From: Fonticula alba ATCC 38817
Taxonomy: Eukaryota; Protista; Nucleariida
DNA length: 8,714 nt
Direction: 5' to 3' (one strand)
Assembly: GCA_000388065.2 (NCBI GenBank)
Contig: KB932214.1
The notes below the pieces were generated by a model, which had not been told where the DNA came from, did not search any database, and saw only the letters and a list, made by a program, of their open reading frames with translations. A program made the translations under genes and the position numbers. Shown here in pieces: positions 6,396 to 8,714 of this stretch. Numbering within the stretch: the stretch's first letter is position 1; each line of letters begins with the position of its first letter.

Positions 6396-8590
6396 CGCCC
6401 CGAGCGAGCCATCCGACAGGCGCATGTACCCGGCATGGTCGATGGAAAAGGAGTTGGCCGCGCGGTTGGTGCCGATGCTGCTGCTGCTGCTGCTGCTGCT
6501 GCCGCCGGGCAGCGACTGGATGGATGCCCGGCCGCTGCTGCCATGCCCGGTGCCCGACACGGGGAAGTCGCTGCTAAAGCGCCCGCCGGTGGGCCCGAGC
6601 CCGGAGGAGGACGAGGAGGAGGAGGAGGCCGGCCGGCTGCTGGCCCGAGGGGCCATATGCCCGGCCTCCGGGGCGCCGGACCCGCCATCGGACCCGTCGT
6701 ACAGGCTGGCCGAGGAGCCGGCCATCATGCCGGCCGAGAAGTCCACAGCCCGGGACAGGTACATGGAGGGCAGGTCCACCGGCTTGCCCTGGAGCCAGGA
6801 CCGGCGGTTGGACCGGCCATTGGACCCGCTGGCGGTGCGCGTGCCGGGCGGGATGCCGCTCAGCTGCAGGGACAGGGACCGGCGATTGCGCACGATCAGC
6901 CCGTCCCGATGGAGGACCAGGAACCGGGGGATCCACCGCTGGTAGGTTTGCCGCCGGGAGGGGTCGCCATCATGGAACATGACCCAGGACCCGAGCAGGC
7001 CGTCGGCCTGGCGCCGGGGGGGCCGGTGGAAGGCCCGGGCATGGGCCTCGGCCGCGTCATAATCGAAGTCCGCCTCGGCCCCGGGCGCGGGGTGGCTGTC
7101 GGCGCCGGGGGCCGGGGCGGCAGCCGGGGTAGTCGGGGCGGCCGGGGCGGCCGCGGTGCTCGGGGTCAATGGCGTGGCCGGCGGGCTGAGGAAGGGGAAG
7201 GGCAGTAGCCCCGGGTCGCAAAGATCCGGGCTGGGCAGCGGCGAGAAGACCGCCGGCGAGGGGGGCGGGAAGGAGCCCTCGCCGTCCGAGTCGGTGGATG
7301 ACTCCTCGAGCACGGTCTCGCCGGACTCCTCCGGGAGGGTCTGCGTTCGGCGCGGGGGGGGGGGGGGGGGGGGGGGGNNNNNNNNNNNNNNNNNNNNNNN
7401 NNNNNNNNNNNNNNNNNNNNNNNNNNNNNNNNNNNNNNNNNNNNNNNNNNNNNNNNNNNNNNNNNNNNNNNNNNNNNNNNNNNNNNNNNNNNNNNNNNNN
7501 NNNNNNNNNNNNNNNNNNNNNNNNNNNNNNNNNNNNNNNNNNNNNNNNNNNNNNNNNNNNNNNNNNNNNNNNNNNNNNNNNNNNNNNNNNNNNNNNNNNN
7601 NNNNNNNNNNNNNNNNNNNNNNNNNNNNNNNNNNNNNNNNNNNNNNNNNNNNNNNNNNNNNNNNNNNNNNNNNNNNNNNNNNNNNNNNNNNNNNNNNNNN
7701 NNNNNNNNNNNNNNNNNNNNNNNNNNNNNNNNNNNNNNNNNNNNNNNNNNNNNNNNNNNNNNNNNNNNNNNNNNNNNNNNNNNNNNNNNNNNNNNNNNNN
7801 NNNNNNNNNNNNNNNNNNNNNNNNNNNNNNNNNNNNNNNNNNNNNNNNNNNNNNNNNNNNNNNNNNNNNNNNNNNNNNNNNNNNNNNNNNNNNNNNNNNN
7901 NNNNNNNNNNNNNNNNNNNNNNNNNNNNNNNNNNNNNNNNNNNNNNNNNNNNNNNNNNNNNNNNNNNNNNNNNNNNNNNNNNNNNNNNNNNNNNNNNNNN
8001 NNNNNNNNNNNNNNNNNNNNNNNNNNGGGGGGGGGTGAGTGTCGGCATGGGCCAGGCAGATAGAGGGGAGAAGGGCCGACGGGCGAGGAAGGGACGGAGG
8101 GGGCGGCCGCCGGGCCACGCACCTGATACTGCAACACCGGGTCGCCAATGGCGCCGGAGCTTTTGGCATGGAAGTCGGCCGGGCCGCCGCGGCCGCCGGG
8201 AGAGTCCGGCACACCGGACACCGAGTCGCCGGCTTCGCCGCCCATGCCCATCGGCAGGGAGATGGCCGTGGAGTCGGCCTTGGCATCGCGGTTGCGCCGG
8301 CGCGAGCTGAACACACTGACGAAGGCCCCGCTCAGGGTGGACTTCTCGTGGGTCGCGTGCGAGGAGGATGTCGGCACGGATTCCAGCACCTGGGCATTGA
8401 CCGCCTGCTGGACCGGCACCTCGGTGACCACGGCCACCTCGTGGGTGGGGGTGGCCGGGCCGGCGGCCTTGGTGCGCGAGGAGGAGTGCGGCCCCTGCGG
8501 CGAGGTGAAGGCCAGCGATACGGACATCCGCCGGCTCATGAGCGACCCCGGCGGGGGGCCCCCCACCGGGGGGTTGTAGCCTCCGCTCAT
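74..8590 (-). CDS. Spliced multi-exon gene for a large RhoGAP-family scaffold (split PH-RhoGAP-CNH-PH-SAM-C-terminal domain), ~2266 aa; join(8590-8123,7340-6022,5838-5726,5580-5503,5416-4850,4666-2297,1959-74)
   Basis: Six GT..AG introns with consistent phases (0,2,1,1,1,1). Splicing joins five ORF-track fragments into one frame and rebuilds RhoGAP motifs across junctions (VP|KIPTPVFGQPL, LN|GHSVEGIFRRSG, DA|NRDIHL). Stop TGA is at 76-74. The 5' end and gap content are uncertain. Confidence 0.88.
676..705 (+). repeat. (CGGCCC)5 coding repeat encoding Gly-Ala dipeptides
   Basis: Five exact hexamer copies; encodes GAGAGAGAGA in the last exon. Confidence 0.9.
1457..1486 (-). repeat. GCG-repeat encoding poly-Ala (10)
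   Basis: SPAAAAAAAAAAST in the last exon. Confidence 0.9.
1676..1921 (-). other. SAM domain
   Basis: W..THVVQYLGFVGL...LDGQTLLQLTDEDILSLAGLTFGKRLLLRKRIREL matches the SAM consensus (W...V..WL..IGL; IDG..LL.LT.EDL..LGI..G.R.KI...I..L). Confidence 0.88.
1960..2296 (-). other. Spliceosomal intron, 337 nt
   Basis: GTACGT...ACAG; ~200-nt pyrimidine tract; branch-like CTGAC at 1994-1990. Confidence 0.8.
1981..2190 (+). repeat. Purine-rich low-complexity tract with (AG)12 at 2077-2100 and GAGAAAAA-type repeats (intronic pyrimidine tract on the sense strand)
   Basis: Almost exclusively G/A on the + strand; lies inside intron 1960-2296. Confidence 0.95.
2297..4666 (-). CDS. Exon (2370 nt) with CNH domain, second PH domain and disordered acidic linker
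   Basis: Acceptor ACGCAG|AC. The best phase-1 donor is T|GTACGT at 2296; the 3' boundary is less certain than the others. Confidence 0.85.
3145..3506 (-). other. Second PH domain
   Basis: IHGYLDLHFGKFPKYWRRCGVILSDKIFYIF...LAVNLSRARML...RTIVLATANGRHTLMMRS...DVDWATWRSHF shows the PH beta1-beta7 pattern plus a C-terminal Trp-containing helix. Confidence 0.8.
4667..4849 (-). other. Spliceosomal intron, 183 nt
   Basis: GTGCGT...GCAG; C17 run; branch-like CTGAC at 4740-4736. Confidence 0.9.
4669..4730 (+). repeat. Intronic tandem repeats (GCGT)5 followed by (GGGGCGGTGC)3 plus a variant copy
   Basis: Read directly at 4669-4688 and 4691-4730. Confidence 0.92.
4850..5416 (-). CDS. Exon (567 nt), RhoGAP core and start of CNH
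   Basis: Motifs PHVVTAILKNFLMELPEPLIP and MGYENMATMFGPSILR. Acceptor CGCCAG|AC, donor A|GTGCGT. Confidence 0.93.
5417..5502 (-). other. Spliceosomal intron, 86 nt
   Basis: GTGCGT...CCAG; in-frame TAA just inside; branch-like CTCAC at 5431-5427. Confidence 0.92.
5503..5580 (-). CDS. Exon (78 nt) carrying the RhoGAP arginine-finger motif EGIFRRSG
   Basis: Acceptor TTCCAG|GC, donor A|GTGCGT. Catalytic Arg codon CGT is at 5557-5555. Confidence 0.93.
5581..5725 (-). other. Spliceosomal intron, 145 nt
   Basis: GTGCGT...CCAG; branch-like CTGAC at 5619-5615. Confidence 0.92.
5726..5838 (-). CDS. Exon (113 nt), start of RhoGAP domain (KIPTPVFGQPLASVVLRDGQAIPDVLTASVNTLISLN)
   Basis: Acceptor GCCGCAG|C, donor G|GTGCGT. 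VFGxxL...IPxVL is the typical RhoGAP N-terminus. Confidence 0.9.
5839..6021 (-). other. Spliceosomal intron, 183 nt
   Basis: GTGCGT...GCAG; branch-like CTCAC at 5899-5895; C/T-rich. Confidence 0.88.
6022..7340 (-). CDS. Exon (1319 nt) with acidic/Pro-rich linker and split PH domain
   Basis: Acceptor AACGCAG|ACC follows a C-tract. Exon ends CC|GTGCGT (phase 2). PH-like halves are LGSWVMFH...QRWIPRFLVLHRDGLIVR and YEVVL...PFVIRII...YNVAFNSHSDMTLWIRSILPLL. Confidence 0.85.
6067..6998 (-). other. Split PH domain (N-half ~6998-6880, C-half ~6271-6067)
   Basis: W..RFLVL...L beta2-beta3 motif and terminal xxLWIRSI helix are separated by ~200 Ser/Gly-rich residues. Confidence 0.68.
6360..6500 (-). 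repeat. Coding triplet repeats (GGC)12 poly-Gly at 6360-6395 and (AGC)8 poly-Ser at 6477-6500, inside the split-PH insert
   Basis: Read directly from sequence and translation. Confidence 0.9.
7341..8122 (-). other. Intron 1 as drawn (782 nt including gap); probably two or more introns plus hidden exon(s)
   Basis: Donor GTGCGT at 8122, acceptor CAG at 7343-7341, both phase 0. The interior is mostly N. Confidence 0.6.
7378..8026. other. Assembly gap (649 N) flanked by G homopolymers
   Basis: Run of N with G24 at 7354-7377 and G9 at 8027-8035. Confidence 0.98.
8123..8590 (-). CDS. First visible coding exon (MSGGYNPP...VLQYQ, 156 codons), low-complexity N-terminus
   Basis: ATG at 8590-8588 has A at -3. 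Frame is open to CAG|GTGCGT (donor at 8122), phase 0. It may not be the true first exon. Confidence 0.7.
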
Positions 8591-8714
8591 GCTTGACGGG
8601 GCCCTGCGTGCGCCGGTGGGTGGGGAGGGGGGGAGAGGCAGGCGAGGGGCACGGCCGCAGGGGGCGGGGGCGAGGGGGCGAGGGGGAAGTAGGAGCGAGG
8701 GCGGGCGGCGGGGG

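Noticed and set aside
7057-8316. Long ORFs spanning the X-run (7057-8316, 7156-8310, 7298-8038, 5' part of 5616-8048)
   Set aside because: They stay open only because Ns cannot be read as stops.
1-8714. Prokaryotic systems (operons, defence islands, CRISPR), tRNA/rRNA genes, transposons
   Set aside because: No supporting motifs; the window is explained by one intron-containing eukaryotic gene.

Overview
Eukaryotic, very GC-rich genomic DNA, not prokaryotic. Nearly the whole window is one spliced minus-strand gene. It has 7 visible coding exons: 8590-8123, 7340-6022, 5838-5726, 5580-5503, 5416-4850, 4666-2297 and 1959-74. All six junctions are GT-AG and phase-compatible, with donors GTGCGT (x5) and GTACGT (x1). 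The joined CDS is 6801 nt (2266 aa plus stop) if nothing is hidden in the 649-N gap (7378-8026). Inferred architecture: disordered N-terminus, split PH, RhoGAP (arginine finger present), CNH beta-propeller, second PH, SAM, long Ser/Gly/Ala/Pro linker, then a C-terminal ~160 aa segment that by eye resembles part of the Rap1GAP family. I do not recognise this domain combination, so no gene symbol is given. The high GC, GTGCGT donors and C/T-homopolymer-rich introns suggest a GC-rich protist or basal opisthokont such as Fonticula; this is an impression only. The many + strand ORFs are antisense shadows. All domain calls come from motif recognition by eye; no HMM or BLAST was run.
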